Of a stretch of DNA of 64,000 nucleotides, positions 30,145-41,053 are shown in pieces; within the stretch, counting starts at the first letter, position 1; each line of letters opens with the position of its first letter. This DNA comes from Gammaproteobacteria bacterium (GTDB lineage Bacteria > Pseudomonadota > Gammaproteobacteria > Eutrophobiales > Eutrophobiaceae). Location: assembly GCA_963422205.2 (NCBI GenBank), contig CAXMWX010000005.1, positions 512,001 through 576,000 on the forward strand. Reading direction: 5' to 3'. A program made the translations under genes and the position numbers. A model generated the notes under the pieces. That model was not told where the DNA came from and did no database searches. It saw only the letters and a program-made list of their open reading frames with translations.

Positions 30145-31344
30145 ATGTCGTTTGAAGACATCGGCTTGATCGCCGAGTTACAGTGTGCTGTTGCCGATGA
30201 GGGTTACACGCACCCCACCCCCGTACAGATACAATCCATCCCGGCTATCCTCGCAAAACGCGATCTGATGGTCGGTGCCCAGACTGGCACAGGCAAGACC
30301 GCCGGTTTCACCCTGCCTATGTTGCAGCTCATCAAGCAATCCCAGGATACCGCGCAGGCACATCAGGCCGAGGCAATCATCAGGGCCCTGATACTCGTTC
30401 CCACGCGCGAGTTGGCCGCACAGGTGGGGGAGAGTGTACGCACTTATGGCAAATACCTGCCGCTGCGATCAGCCATCGTATTTGGCGGTGCGGCTATACA
30501 CAAGCAAATAGAGCGACTGGCAAAAGGGGTCGACATCCTGATCGCAACGCCGGGGCGGCTGCTGGATCACGTGCAGAGAAAGACGGTTGATTTATCTCAC
30601 GTCAGCTTTTTTGTGCTGGATGAGGCGGATCGTATGCTGGATATGGGCTTCATTAACGACATTCGCAAATTGCTGCACATCATTCCTAAGCAAAGGCAGA
30701 ACCTGTTGTTCTCCGCCACGTACTCCAATGAGATTAAACGCCTGGCCGATCGCTTGCTAAACAACCCGGAGATGATCCAGATAGAGACGGAAAATTCATC
30801 TGCCAAAGGCATCAAGCAAATCATACATCCGGTCGATCACTCCAGCAAACGGCAGCTACTCATGAAGATACTGGCCGATAACCCCGATGCCCAGGTGCTG
30901 ATTTTTATGAATATGAAACATTCCGCCGGCCGGCTGGCCGAGCGGATTAAAAAAGCGGGCGTCAATGCCTGTGCCATCCACGGCGATAAGACGCAGTCGC
31001 AAAGAGTGGCGGCATTAAAAAATTTCAAACAGGGGAAGGTGCGGGTGCTGGTGGCCAGCGATCTCGCCGCCCGCGGCATTGACATTGAAGACCTGCCTTT
31101 TGTCATCAACTATGATCTGCCGCTGGAGGCGGAAGTTTACATCCACCGTATTGGCCGCACCGGCCGCGTTGGCAAGACCGGGGTCGCCATATCGCTGGTG
31201 GCGGCTGATGAATCGGCCCTGCTGAAAAACATCGAAAAACTGATTGCCAGGCAACTGCCGCAGAAAGTCGTGCCGGGTTTTGAGCCGGATACCCGCATCA
31301 CACGCCTGTATGTGCCAGGCCAGCCGCTGTCACAACGCTCCTGA
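30145..31344 (+). CDS. rhlE: DEAD-box ATP-dependent RNA helicase, RhlE-like
   Basis: AQTGTGKT, PTRELA, TPGRLLDH, DEAD, SAT, ARGID, HRIGRTGR; GAGGAG RBS. Confidence 0.9.
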   Translation: MSFEDIGLIAELQCAVADEGYTHPTPVQIQSIPAILAKRDLMVGAQTGTGKTAGFTLPMLQLIKQSQDTAQAHQAEAIIRALILVPTRELAAQVGESVRTYGKYLPLRSAIVFGGAAIHKQIERLAKGVDILIATPGRLLDHVQRKTVDLSHVSFFVLDEADRMLDMGFINDIRKLLHIIPKQRQNLLFSATYSNEIKRLADRLLNNPEMIQIETENSSAKGIKQIIHPVDHSSKRQLLMKILADNPDAQVLIFMNMKHSAGRLAERIKKAGVNACAIHGDKTQSQRVAALKNFKQGKVRVLVASDLAARGIDIEDLPFVINYDLPLEAEVYIHRIGRTGRVGKTGVAISLVAADESALLKNIEKLIARQLPQKVVPGFEPDTRITRLYVPGQPLSQRS

Positions 31345-31532
31345 CAGATGAGGGGGCAACGCGGCCGACACCACACATTGGCAGGCATCGTGTGGTATGA
31401 GCATCCCGCCAGTTTTTGCGTTTGAGACTTGCGTATTGGATCTGACCGCCCGCCTGACCAGGTCACATTATCCGGCGGTGGCGGCAAGGTAAGCCGCCGT
31501 CTTTACCAGAACATCTTTCAGAACACCTTATC

Positions 31533-32915
31533 GTGCAGACTGCCCAGGAACATCTTCAGGAACACATTGACGATATTTTTGCCCGCATCAAAGCACGAGG
31601 GCTTAGTCACATCACCACGGCCTATGTTGATCATACCGGCAAGCTACGCAGTAAATACCTGCATGTGCACTCCCTGCACAAGGCCCTGACAGAGGGTACT
31701 GCACTTAATTTGGGCATTTTCTCTGTTGCCGTGAATGAGCAGCAAATGCAGAACAGCGTGTTCCTTGCCGCAGAAAACGAATTTCGTGACGGCGTGCTGC
31801 AACTCGATGCCGCTTCCTGTCGCAACTTCCCCTTGGATGCCGATGGCAAGGGCCTGTTGCTGCTGGGCGAGCTGGTTGATGAGTACCGGGCGTATTGCTG
31901 CCGTGCCCTGCTGCAATCAGAACTCCAGCGCTATCAGGATATGGGCCTGTTGCCCACCGGGGCCTATGAGTTTGAATGGTATCTGTTACAGGAAACGCTG
32001 GCCTCGGTGCGGGAGAAGACCGCAGGGCAGATTAAGGCCGCCGATGGCCTTGAGAGCTTTTATTCGTTTACCGAACAGCTCGCCGCCAATGATTTGTTTA
32101 CCGAGATCCGATCCGTGTGCGAGGCCATGAACATCGCGCTCGAAAGCCTGCACAATGAATTCTCAACCCTGATAGAGGCGGCCTTGTTACCCGCCGAGGG
32201 CGTGTTGATAGCAGATAACGCGGCCCTGTTTAAGGCGGTTATCAAGGCGATTGCGAGAAGCTACGGGTTGATGGCCTCCTTCATGGCCCGGCGTGATCAT
32301 CGCACACAGGGTTGTGGCGGCCATGTTAATCTGAACCTGCTGGATGCTGGCAGCCGCCGGGGGCTGTTGTATGATAAAGCAAACCCGGCCGGCCTGACGG
32401 ACACCTTGTTACAATTTATTGGCGGGCTGCAAAAATACACACCGGAATTACTGCTGCTGCAATGCCCTAACCTGAACTCCTTTCGCCGCTTCCAGCCCGG
32501 CCTGTTCGCCCCCCTGGCAAATAACTGGGGCATCAACAACAAGACCGTGGCCTATCGTTTTGTCAACACCAGCGAGACGGCCGCAAGGATTGAAGTGCGC
32601 CTGCCGGGTGCCGATGTCAACCCGTACCTGAGCCTGGCCGGGCTGTTAATCGCCGGACGCCAGGGCATAGCAGAGCAACGGCAACCGGAGGCAGCGGTAC
32701 AGGGCAATGGCTGGTCTGGTGATGCCCCGGGGCGTTACCCCTTCCCTGAGGATTTTTCTGCGGCAATAACGGCGTTTAAGACCTCCGCTCTCGCACGTGA
32801 CTGCCTGGGCGATGCGTTTGTTGCCTGCTATGCCGCCAGCCGGGAATGGCAACTGCATGATCTGAAGAACACGATCACCGACTGGGAGATCAGCACCTTC
32901 ATTGAAGGCACCTAG
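31533..32915 (+). CDS. Glutamine synthetase-like protein (gamma-glutamyl-amine ligase type)
   Basis: D..GKLRSK, EFEW, ADNAALFK, SFMA, GCGGHVN, NSFRR...WG.NN, IEVRLPGADVNPY. Confidence 0.8.
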   Translation: MQTAQEHLQEHIDDIFARIKARGLSHITTAYVDHTGKLRSKYLHVHSLHKALTEGTALNLGIFSVAVNEQQMQNSVFLAAENEFRDGVLQLDAASCRNFPLDADGKGLLLLGELVDEYRAYCCRALLQSELQRYQDMGLLPTGAYEFEWYLLQETLASVREKTAGQIKAADGLESFYSFTEQLAANDLFTEIRSVCEAMNIALESLHNEFSTLIEAALLPAEGVLIADNAALFKAVIKAIARSYGLMASFMARRDHRTQGCGGHVNLNLLDAGSRRGLLYDKANPAGLTDTLLQFIGGLQKYTPELLLLQCPNLNSFRRFQPGLFAPLANNWGINNKTVAYRFVNTSETAARIEVRLPGADVNPYLSLAGLLIAGRQGIAEQRQPEAAVQGNGWSGDAPGRYPFPEDFSAAITAFKTSALARDCLGDAFVACYAASREWQLHDLKNTITDWEISTFIEGT

Positions 32916-33139
32916 CGATGAGGGCGTGACAACGTGCAGGCTGTGCGCCGCCTCCCTGAACATAAAACCATGCCGCCGTGTGCCGTCTTTCAAGGAGAAA
33001 TTTCGCAAGTGCAGCAAAAACGTGTATCCTTGATATCTATATAGGCCGCTCGCGTTTATCTTGCCGGATGTTTCTCTCACGCCTCCGTGCGGGCGGCTGT
33101 GAGGCATCCAATCAACCAGGTGAATGTAAAAAAAAAATG

Positions 33140-33892
33140 ATGAAAATCCTTGTGCCAATCAAGCGCGTGATCGACTACAACGTGCGTGTGCGCGTGAAAT
33201 CTGATCGCTCTGGCGTGGAGAGAGCCAATGTCAAGATGTCCATGAATCCATTCTGCGAGATTGCCGTGGAGGAGGCGATTCGCATGCAAGAGGCCGGACA
33301 GGCAGAGGAGATCATTGTCGTCACCATCGGCGGGCCAAAATGCCAGGATATTCTGCGTACCGCCCTGGCGATGGGCGCCGATCGCGCCATCCTGGTTGAG
33401 ACTGATGTGGCGGTACAGCCGCTTGCCATTGCCAAATTACTCAAGGCGGTGGCGATGCAGGAAGCACCTGAAATCATTCTGCTGGGCAAACAGGCGATTG
33501 ATGATGATAACAACCAGACCGGCCAGATGCTGGCGGCATTGCTTGGCTGGCCACAGGGCACGTTTGCCTCCCGGGTTGAGTTTGCCGATGGCAAAGTGCA
33601 TGTCATGCGCGAGATTGATGGCGGCCTTCAGACGCTGGCACTGCAACTGCCCGCTGTCATCACCACCGATCTGCGCCTGAATGAGCCGCGCTATGTGAAG
33701 CTGCCGAATATCATGAAGGCAAAAAAGAAACCGCTGGACACCTTGCGGGCGGCCGAGATGGATATAGACATTACCCCCACGATCGAGATGCTTGAGGTCA
33801 ATGAGCCGGCGGCACGATCAGCCGGTGTCAAAGTCGCCGATGTCAGCGAGTTGGTTGATAAACTGCGTAACGAAGCCAGAGTAATTGCATGA
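33140..33892 (+). CDS. etfB: Electron transfer flavoprotein beta subunit
   Basis: [47 protein letters not shown]. Confidence 0.96.
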   Translation: MKILVPIKRVIDYNVRVRVKSDRSGVERANVKMSMNPFCEIAVEEAIRMQEAGQAEEIIVVTIGGPKCQDILRTALAMGADRAILVETDVAVQPLAIAKLLKAVAMQEAPEIILLGKQAIDDDNNQTGQMLAALLGWPQGTFASRVEFADGKVHVMREIDGGLQTLALQLPAVITTDLRLNEPRYVKLPNIMKAKKKPLDTLRAAEMDIDITPTIEMLEVNEPAARSAGVKVADVSELVDKLRNEARVIA

Positions 33893-34821
33893 GCCTGCTT
33901 ATCATCGCTGAACACGATAACAGCAGATTAAAACCCGCCTTTTTGAACACCATCACGGCGGCCAGGCAGCTTGCCGATGAGATCACCGTACTGGTGGCAG
34001 GACACAGGGCGGACAGCGTGGCAGAAGCAGCGGCCAGGATCAACGGCGTGAGTCGTATCCTGCTGGTGGATGCGGTGCAGTATGAACATCAGTTGGCCGA
34101 GGATATCGCCCCGCTGGTGCTCACACTGGCCTCCGGTATGACGCATATCCTCAGCAGCGCCAGCACCTTTGGGAAAAATCTCATGCCCCGCATCGCCGCC
34201 CTGCTGGATGTCGGCATGCTCTCTGATGTTGCCGAGATCAAGACCAGCGATACCTTCATCCGGCCAATCTATGCCGGCAATGTCATGGCAACCGTCAAGA
34301 GTCACGATGCCGTTAAAGTCATGACCATACGCAGCACCGCCTTTGATGCCGCCACCGAGGGCGGGGGCGGGAAGGCGGCTATTGAACAGGGCAAGGCCAT
34401 CGCTGGCAGCGGCCTGTCCGCTTTTCTCAGCGAGGAACTGACCGTCTCGGAACGACCTGAATTGACCACCGCTGATATCATCGTCTCCGGTGGGCGAGGT
34501 CTTGGCAGCAACGAGAGTTTTGCCCTCATAGAGGCGCTGGCCGATAAATTACAGGCAGCCGTGGGGGCATCTAGGGCGGCGGTGGATGCCGGTTATATGC
34601 CGAATGATTATCAAGTGGGGCAGACGGGCAAGATAGTCGCACCCCAGCTTTACATTGCCGTTGGCATATCCGGTGCGATACAACATCTGGCGGGCATGAA
34701 AGACAGCAAGGTGATCGTGGCCATCAATAAAGACCCGGAAGCCCCGATCTTTGAAGTGGCGGACTACGGCCTGGTGGCGGACTTGTTCAAGGCCGTGCCG
34801 GAGTTGACCGAAGCACTGTAA
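33889..34821 (+). CDS. etfA: Electron transfer flavoprotein alpha subunit
   Basis: [55 protein letters not shown]. Confidence 0.96.
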   Translation: MSLLIIAEHDNSRLKPAFLNTITAARQLADEITVLVAGHRADSVAEAAARINGVSRILLVDAVQYEHQLAEDIAPLVLTLASGMTHILSSASTFGKNLMPRIAALLDVGMLSDVAEIKTSDTFIRPIYAGNVMATVKSHDAVKVMTIRSTAFDAATEGGGGKAAIEQGKAIAGSGLSAFLSEELTVSERPELTTADIIVSGGRGLGSNESFALIEALADKLQAAVGASRAAVDAGYMPNDYQVGQTGKIVAPQLYIAVGISGAIQHLAGMKDSKVIVAINKDPEAPIFEVADYGLVADLFKAVPELTEAL

Positions 34822-34977
34822 GCCCGCCAGGGGATTATCACGTTCGCCGCAGGCCAACAACCCAGACCAACAACATATTCTGCCAAGGCCGTGCTGCTCC
34901 TTTATCGGCCCTCGTATACGATCACTTCCAAGTACGTAACATGCCTGCCCAGGACAGCTAACCCGGAGAGCTTTAAG

Positions 34978-35877
34978 GTGTGTTCAACCGCTAAACGCAA
35001 TCTGTACAAAGGGACGGTGATTACGCTGGCCGCCACCTTGCTTGTCTGTCTGCTGGATGTGTTGGCAAAGACCATGGTGGCGATCTATTCGCCATTTCAG
35101 ATCAGCTTCCTTCGCAGCCTCATCGGCTTCATGATTATTTGTGGCTATATTGCTGTCACCGGTAATGCCAGAGAATTAAGCACACGGCGGCCCGGCCTGC
35201 ATTGCATCAGGGCTGTCTTCACCCTGGCCCTGTATGTGATTTTCTTTTATGCGATCGCACATATCCCGCTGGTCGAAATAGAGGCTATCGCCCACTCGGC
35301 GCCTTTTTATGTTGCGCTGCTGGCACCGGTATTATTAAACGAGAAAGTCGCCGCATCGCAATGGCTGGCTATCCTTACCGGCTTCGGCGGCATCATGATC
35401 ATCCTGCGGCCTGATCCGGCGCGTTTTCATATCGCCTATGTCTATATGGTATTTGCGGCGATGGCCTATGCCGGGTTACTGATAACAGCGCGAAAAATGC
35501 GTGACAGCGAAACGCTGCTGGCGATGAATTTTTACATGTACCCGCTGGCGGTCATCGTGCTGGCCTATTTCGGTATTGCCAACTGGCAGAGACCGGAGCC
35601 GCTGCACTGGCTGGCCTTCATCACCATGGGCATATTCGGGGCACTGGCCATCTTTCTGTTTATCTATGCCATACAATTTATTGAAGCGACCCAGGCGGCG
35701 GTGCTGGATTACTTCACGCTGGCCTGGGCGTCAATTTTCGGCTATCTCTTCTGGCATGAATTTCCCGATGCGCTCACCCTGGCAGGGATCTTTCTGATCG
35801 TTGTCAGCGGTATTTATATCATCAGGCACAGCGCCAGGGCAACGGATGAATCCTTGATTGAAAGCCTGGATCACTGA
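34978..35877 (+). CDS. DMT/EamA family transporter
   Basis: About 10 TM segments; LNEKV..SQW, LTGFGGIMIILRP; start uncertain (ORF from 34891). Confidence 0.85.
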   Translation: MCSTAKRNLYKGTVITLAATLLVCLLDVLAKTMVAIYSPFQISFLRSLIGFMIICGYIAVTGNARELSTRRPGLHCIRAVFTLALYVIFFYAIAHIPLVEIEAIAHSAPFYVALLAPVLLNEKVAASQWLAILTGFGGIMIILRPDPARFHIAYVYMVFAAMAYAGLLITARKMRDSETLLAMNFYMYPLAVIVLAYFGIANWQRPEPLHWLAFITMGIFGALAIFLFIYAIQFIEATQAAVLDYFTLAWASIFGYLFWHEFPDALTLAGIFLIVVSGIYIIRHSARATDESLIESLDH

Positions 35878-36821
35878 TGGCTTCGCATGAACACCGGCCG
35901 GGACATCGCCCGCTGGCAGGGATCAGCTTTATGCTGCTCGCCTCAATCCTGTTTTCCGTCTCTGATGCCCTGGGAAAATGGCTGACGGCCAGCTACCCGA
36001 TCGCACAAATTGCCTTCGTTCGGCTCGCCGTGGGGATGATCATTTTGCTGCTGCTGATGGTCTTTACCGCCCGCCTGTCCAGCCTGAAAACCCGAAGACC
36101 GCTGTGGCATATTGGCCGCAGCCTGTTAAGTGCAAGCGTCATGTTTACCATGTTCTACGGCTTGAAGCATATCCCCCTGGCGGAGTTTGTCTCCCTGTGC
36201 TTCAGCATTCCGTTTTTTCTTGCGATCATCTCACCCTGGCTACTGGGCGAGGAGACAAGCTGGCAGTCCTGGCTGGCGATCACCACTGGCTTTATCGGCA
36301 TCGTGATCATCCTAAGACCCAGCCCGGAGCATATACACTTAGCCCATCTGGTCACCTTGTTACTGGCATTGACTATCGCCCTGTTGGCCGTCTCAGCAAG
36401 ATATCTGGGCGATACCGAAAATTTCTATTCGATGAATTTTTATCTCTACCCCGCCGGCCTGCTTGTGTATGGCGTTGATTCGGCCCGGGTGTGGGTGGCC
36501 CCGCCGCCCTTGCATTGGCTGGCGCTGGTCTCACTTGGGATCTGCACAACGATTGCCCTCGCCTGTTACATTCAGGCCAACCGCTATGCCCGGCCTACGA
36601 CCATCGCACCGATAGATTATATACGTATAATATGGACGATCCTGCTGGGGTATTTTATCTGGCATGAAATACCCGATACATACACCTGGCTGGGCATGAC
36701 GATTATCATTATCAGCGGCATTTATGTGGTCAGCCACACCGGCACGACGCCGGAAGTTGACACCGCACAGGGCCTCGCCCCGGCCAAAAACCCCATCCCT
36801 GATCAAGCGCTTAACCGGTAG
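35877..36821 (+). CDS. DMT/EamA family transporter (tandem paralog)
   Basis: About 10 TM segments; LLGEE, GFIGIVIILRP, APIDY; TGATG overlap with the previous gene. Confidence 0.87.
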   Translation: MASHEHRPGHRPLAGISFMLLASILFSVSDALGKWLTASYPIAQIAFVRLAVGMIILLLLMVFTARLSSLKTRRPLWHIGRSLLSASVMFTMFYGLKHIPLAEFVSLCFSIPFFLAIISPWLLGEETSWQSWLAITTGFIGIVIILRPSPEHIHLAHLVTLLLALTIALLAVSARYLGDTENFYSMNFYLYPAGLLVYGVDSARVWVAPPPLHWLALVSLGICTTIALACYIQANRYARPTTIAPIDYIRIIWTILLGYFIWHEIPDTYTWLGMTIIIISGIYVVSHTGTTPEVDTAQGLAPAKNPIPDQALNR

Positions 36822-39800
36822 CTGAAGCTCATAAAGAATCGATATAACAGGGGGACAACAAACAGGGTCAAGACGGTTGAGAATCCCAGGCCCCAGACGA
36901 TCGCCGTTGCCACCGGCCCCCAGATAAGCGACTTGCCCGCAATGCCAGCAGCCAGTGAAAACAAACCGGCAATGGTGGTCAGGGAAGTAATCAGAATAGG
37001 GATCACCCGGCGGCGACCGGCATAGATGGTGGCGTGCAGCAGGCTCATCCCCTGTCCTAAGCGATCATTGGCCGCCGAAATCAGGACAATGGCCGAATTG
37101 ACAGCGATCCCCGTCAAGGCCACCACACCATAGAGCGTATACAGGCTCACCGGGTTACCGGTCACCAGCAAACCAAGGATCACACCGGTAAAGGCCAGCG
37201 GCACAGTCGCAATGATCATAAACGGCTGAAAATAACTGCGGAACTGTGTCCCCAGAATGATGTAGATAATACCCAGCCCGAGCAAAAACAATATCCAGAT
37301 GGTGTCCAGGCTTTCCTGCAAATCATCCAGTTCGCCGGAAAAATCCAGGCTGATGCCGGGGTATTGTGCCTGCAAATCACGCCATTTTTGCGCTATCAGC
37401 TGATTCGCCTGAATGGTATCGATCTGCTGCTTGTCGATATCACTTTCCAGCGTAATGGTGCGGCGAAAATTATAGTGACGGATGTTCTGCTGCCCCAGAC
37501 CGGGCTCAGCAATAACCAACTCACTCAGGGTAACTGACTGGCCGTTGGGCAACGAGACAGTTTGCCGCATCAGATTATCAATATCGGCGTTACCATCCTT
37601 CCTGGCCAGCACCCTGACCTTCACCTCATCCCCCTCATCCTGAAAATCGGTCACGATCTCACCATCGACATACGCCTGCATCACCCGACCGATGACCGCC
37701 GGATTAATACCCGCACGTTGTATCGCCTCGCCATCCAGACGCAACACCAATTCGGGATTGCCCGGTCGATAATCCACCGTAATATTCCGATAGACCGGGT
37801 TGCTGGCTAAAAACTGTTTCAACGCATTGGTGGCCACCAGAATCGTCTCAAAATCATCGCCTTTGACCTTCACGCTGATGGCCTTGCGCGTGGGCGGCCC
37901 GTCTTTCACCTCCAGTATGGTCAGGCTGACCGGCCCGGGCATGGTCTTGACTTTTTGCCGAACCAATTCCGCCAGATCAAACACCGCTCGCCCGTCTTTG
38001 CCTTGTGGTTGCAGGCTGAACATCACCTGCCCTATGGTGTCGCCAAACAGCGGCTCGGTCTCGGTGAACTGTTGTCCGGCATAGGTCAACGAGGCCCGCA
38101 ACTCGCCCTTGCGGAACACCGTCAGCGCCTGTTGTTCAATACGCAGCAGCATGTCGCTGGTATCCTGCAAGGAGGAGCCGGCCGGCATCTCGACATTGAC
38201 ATAAAACAGCCGGATGGGATCGGAGGCAAAAAAATTAAATTTAATCTTGCCACTCACCAACGCCCCCGCCGCCAGGCCAAGGACAATGAGAATAACCAAT
38301 AACGTGATCAGCGGATAACGCAACGCCTTGAGCAAGGCCCGGATATAGCGCCGCCGCACCCAGTGCGCCGCCGCCTGGCGTCTCTTTTGCACAGTGCCGG
38401 GCCGGGAGAAATCGACCTTCAGTGCCAGCACATGGGCCGGCAGCATCCAGTAGGCCTCAAACAAACTGATAAACAGCGCAATGGTCACCACCAGCGGCAC
38501 CACCCGCATGAACTCGCCGAGGATGCCGGGCAACAAGACCAGCGGCAGAAACGCCGCAATGGTTGTCATGACCGAGGTGGTCACCGGGGCGAAGACTTCA
38601 CGCAGCGAGCTGAGCACAGCCGTCATGCCATCCCGGCCCCGCTGCAAACATTGATAGATGGATTCCACCACCACCACGGCATCATCCACAATCATCCCCA
38701 GCGAGATCACAACCCCCAGCAGGACGGTATTATTCAGGGTAAAACCACTGGCATTGATCACCAAAAACGTACCGGCCAGCGTGAACGGAATCCCGATACT
38801 GGTCAACAAGGCGATACGTGTCCCCAGAAACGCCCAGGTTACCAGCAAGACCATGAGCAGGCCGATGCTGGCATTTCTCTGCATCAGATTGAGCGCCTGG
38901 CGGGTGCTGATGGTCTGATCATCGGCCAGGATTAACTCAATGCCGGTGGCGTGGCTGAAGGCATTGCGCTCGGTGATGTACTGATTGATGCGATCAACCA
39001 GCTCGATCACATTCGCATCCGATTGCTTGGTGATGGTCAGTGTGGCGGCCGGTTTGCCGAGATAACGCACGATCTCGCCCGCCTCTTCCCGCTCACGGGA
39101 TAATTCAGCCACGGCTCCCAGGGGCACAACGCCGTTGGCCGTGACGATCGGAAAATCGCGCAACATGGCAGGATCCGCACTGGTGCCCTGCAAGCGCACG
39201 ATCCATTGCCCATCAACGGTGTGCAGATCGCCAGCAGAAACATCGCTGAAATAAACAGCAATGGTATCTGCGATATCCGCCGGTGTAATCCCCAGGCCCT
39301 CCAGGCGCTCCGGGATGAAGGCGACATGCAGTTCCGGATCAGACAGGCCGACATCATCCACCCGATCAACACCGCTGATCCGCTCCAGAGACCTTTTGAT
39401 ATTGCGAGTCTGGCGGCGCAGGTTCTCATCATCGCCTCGGCTGGTAACGACAATCATGGCAGTCGGGAAGGCGTTGGAGGTGCCGATGTCATAGACCACC
39501 GGGTCCTCGGCAGCTTCCGGCAACTCATCGGTGTAGGCGTTTTGCACCTCACGCCTGACATCAATCAGCCGCTTGTCAAACAGATCGGCATCGATCTGCT
39601 CAAAGCGCACCAGAATATTGGAAATGCCATCACGGCTGGTGCTGAGAACGAATTTCATGTCCTTGATAGAACGCCTCAAGGCTTCCTCCAGCGGGTCGGT
39701 AATGCGCCGTTCAATATCCACCGCCGCTGCCCCGGGGAAAACCGTCACAATATTCACCCAGTTAAAATTGATTTCAGGATCCTTGGCACGCGGCATGTTC

Positions 39801-39889
39801 AGATAGGTCAGCGCACCTAACACGATGACCAGGCCAAAGGTCAGATTAGCCAGCACATGATTATTAAGGAACGCTCTGAGGAATTGCAT
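36803..39889 (-). CDS. RND efflux transporter permease (AcrB/AcrD/AcrF family)
   Basis: About 1030 aa; FPGAAA.DIE..ITDPLE, GMIVDDAVVVVE, PILITSLTT, TVLTLFVVP. Confidence 0.93.
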   Translation of the reverse strand: MQFLRAFLNNHVLANLTFGLVIVLGALTYLNMPRAKDPEINFNWVNIVTVFPGAAAVDIERRITDPLEEALRRSIKDMKFVLSTSRDGISNILVRFEQIDADLFDKRLIDVRREVQNAYTDELPEAAEDPVVYDIGTSNAFPTAMIVVTSRGDDENLRRQTRNIKRSLERISGVDRVDDVGLSDPELHVAFIPERLEGLGITPADIADTIAVYFSDVSAGDLHTVDGQWIVRLQGTSADPAMLRDFPIVTANGVVPLGAVAELSREREEAGEIVRYLGKPAATLTITKQSDANVIELVDRINQYITERNAFSHATGIELILADDQTISTRQALNLMQRNASIGLLMVLLVTWAFLGTRIALLTSIGIPFTLAGTFLVINASGFTLNNTVLLGVVISLGMIVDDAVVVVESIYQCLQRGRDGMTAVLSSLREVFAPVTTSVMTTIAAFLPLVLLPGILGEFMRVVPLVVTIALFISLFEAYWMLPAHVLALKVDFSRPGTVQKRRQAAAHWVRRRYIRALLKALRYPLITLLVILIVLGLAAGALVSGKIKFNFFASDPIRLFYVNVEMPAGSSLQDTSDMLLRIEQQALTVFRKGELRASLTYAGQQFTETEPLFGDTIGQVMFSLQPQGKDGRAVFDLAELVRQKVKTMPGPVSLTILEVKDGPPTRKAISVKVKGDDFETILVATNALKQFLASNPVYRNITVDYRPGNPELVLRLDGEAIQRAGINPAVIGRVMQAYVDGEIVTDFQDEGDEVKVRVLARKDGNADIDNLMRQTVSLPNGQSVTLSELVIAEPGLGQQNIRHYNFRRTITLESDIDKQQIDTIQANQLIAQKWRDLQAQYPGISLDFSGELDDLQESLDTIWILFLLGLGIIYIILGTQFRSYFQPFMIIATVPLAFTGVILGLLVTGNPVSLYTLYGVVALTGIAVNSAIVLISAANDRLGQGMSLLHATIYAGRRRVIPILITSLTTIAGLFSLAAGIAGKSLIWGPVATAIVWGLGFSTVLTLFVVPLLYRFFMSFSYRLSA

Positions 39890-39902
39890 ATTACTGGGCA
39901 TA

Positions 39903-40928
39903 TCACGGCATGACACGGATGGCCTGTCCGTCTTGCAGGCTGTACTGGCCTTCGGTTATCACCCGGCTGTCAAGCGGCAGGTTCACCACCGTCGCCCTGC
40001 CTTGCTGGGCATGATCCAGCACATGAAACCGCGCCTTGCCGTTATCGTAGATAAACACCCCAAGATCATCACCCCGCCGGACCAGCAGCTTGCCCGGTAT
40101 GTGCGGCCGGTTATCCTGCCAGGTCAACTTGCCTGCCGCCCCCGGCAAGGCCGGAGTATCTTCAAACACCAGCCTGACCTCACGGTTACGGGTGGTGGTA
40201 TTGACCGCCGGCACCACAGTACGCAAGGCCAGCGGGTAACGCCTGGCCGAGTCCTCAAAGAACAAGGCAGCGACAGTCGTTAGCTGTTCGGTATCCGGTA
40301 TCGGCACCTGGGCGGCGATTTCCAGGGCGTCAATGTCGATCAACCGTACGACCGGCGTACCCCGGCCAGCGAACTCGCCCTCGGCACTTACCCGTTCGGT
40401 AATCACGGCATGGAACGGACTGGTCACATCGCAACGGGCGATGTCTGCCTTCGCCATCTCCAATGCCGCCCGGGCGGCACGCTGCTCGGCAGCTAACACC
40501 GCCAGATCGGATTGCCGTTCATCCAGCAGCTCCTCAGCGACAGTCTGTGTCATGGTCAGTTGTTCTGTACGCTGTAACCGGCGCTCTGCCAGGGCAATCC
40601 GGGCAGCTAGCGAGGCGAGGCGGGCCCTGGCCTCATCCCGTATCAACAGGTAATCAGTGCAATCCAGCCGGGCGAGCAAGGCGTCTCTCTTCACCACCTC
40701 ACCCACACGTACAAAAATGGCCTGGATACGGGCGGCGATTTCCGTAGAGATGGCGGCCTCATTCAGGCTATGGACGGTCGCCGGGGCGTTTTTCTGCGGG
40801 TAGATGGCAATTTCGTCAACACGCGCCGTGCTGACGCGGACGGCCTCCTGGGCAAAGAGAAAGGACGAGGCAAGAGATAACGAAACAACGGCCGCAAACA
40901 CGGCATTCGGTCGTTGCTGGGGGGGCAT
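39903..40928 (-). CDS. RND periplasmic adaptor (membrane fusion protein)
   Basis: Lipoyl-like VRVGEVV..LARLD, coiled coil, SPFHAVI; directly upstream of the RND permease. Confidence 0.9.
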   Translation of the reverse strand: MPPQQRPNAVFAAVVSLSLASSFLFAQEAVRVSTARVDEIAIYPQKNAPATVHSLNEAAISTEIAARIQAIFVRVGEVVKRDALLARLDCTDYLLIRDEARARLASLAARIALAERRLQRTEQLTMTQTVAEELLDERQSDLAVLAAEQRAARAALEMAKADIARCDVTSPFHAVITERVSAEGEFAGRGTPVVRLIDIDALEIAAQVPIPDTEQLTTVAALFFEDSARRYPLALRTVVPAVNTTTRNREVRLVFEDTPALPGAAGKLTWQDNRPHIPGKLLVRRGDDLGVFIYDNGKARFHVLDHAQQGRATVVNLPLDSRVITEGQYSLQDGQAIRVMP

Positions 40929-41053
40929 AAAACAGATTCCTTATAAGGCCGGGGGGTTGCTAATGTTGCTAATATCAGCGTCCATTCTCGCACAAGCATA
41001 GATGAAAGGCTTGTGAAATTTACCGGCAGGCTCAGCATCCCCCCGCCGGCCAG

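Noticed and set aside
33128-33137. A10 run just before the etfB start as a phase-variation site
   Set aside because: It lies upstream of the coding region of a housekeeping gene, so a length change would not shift the frame.
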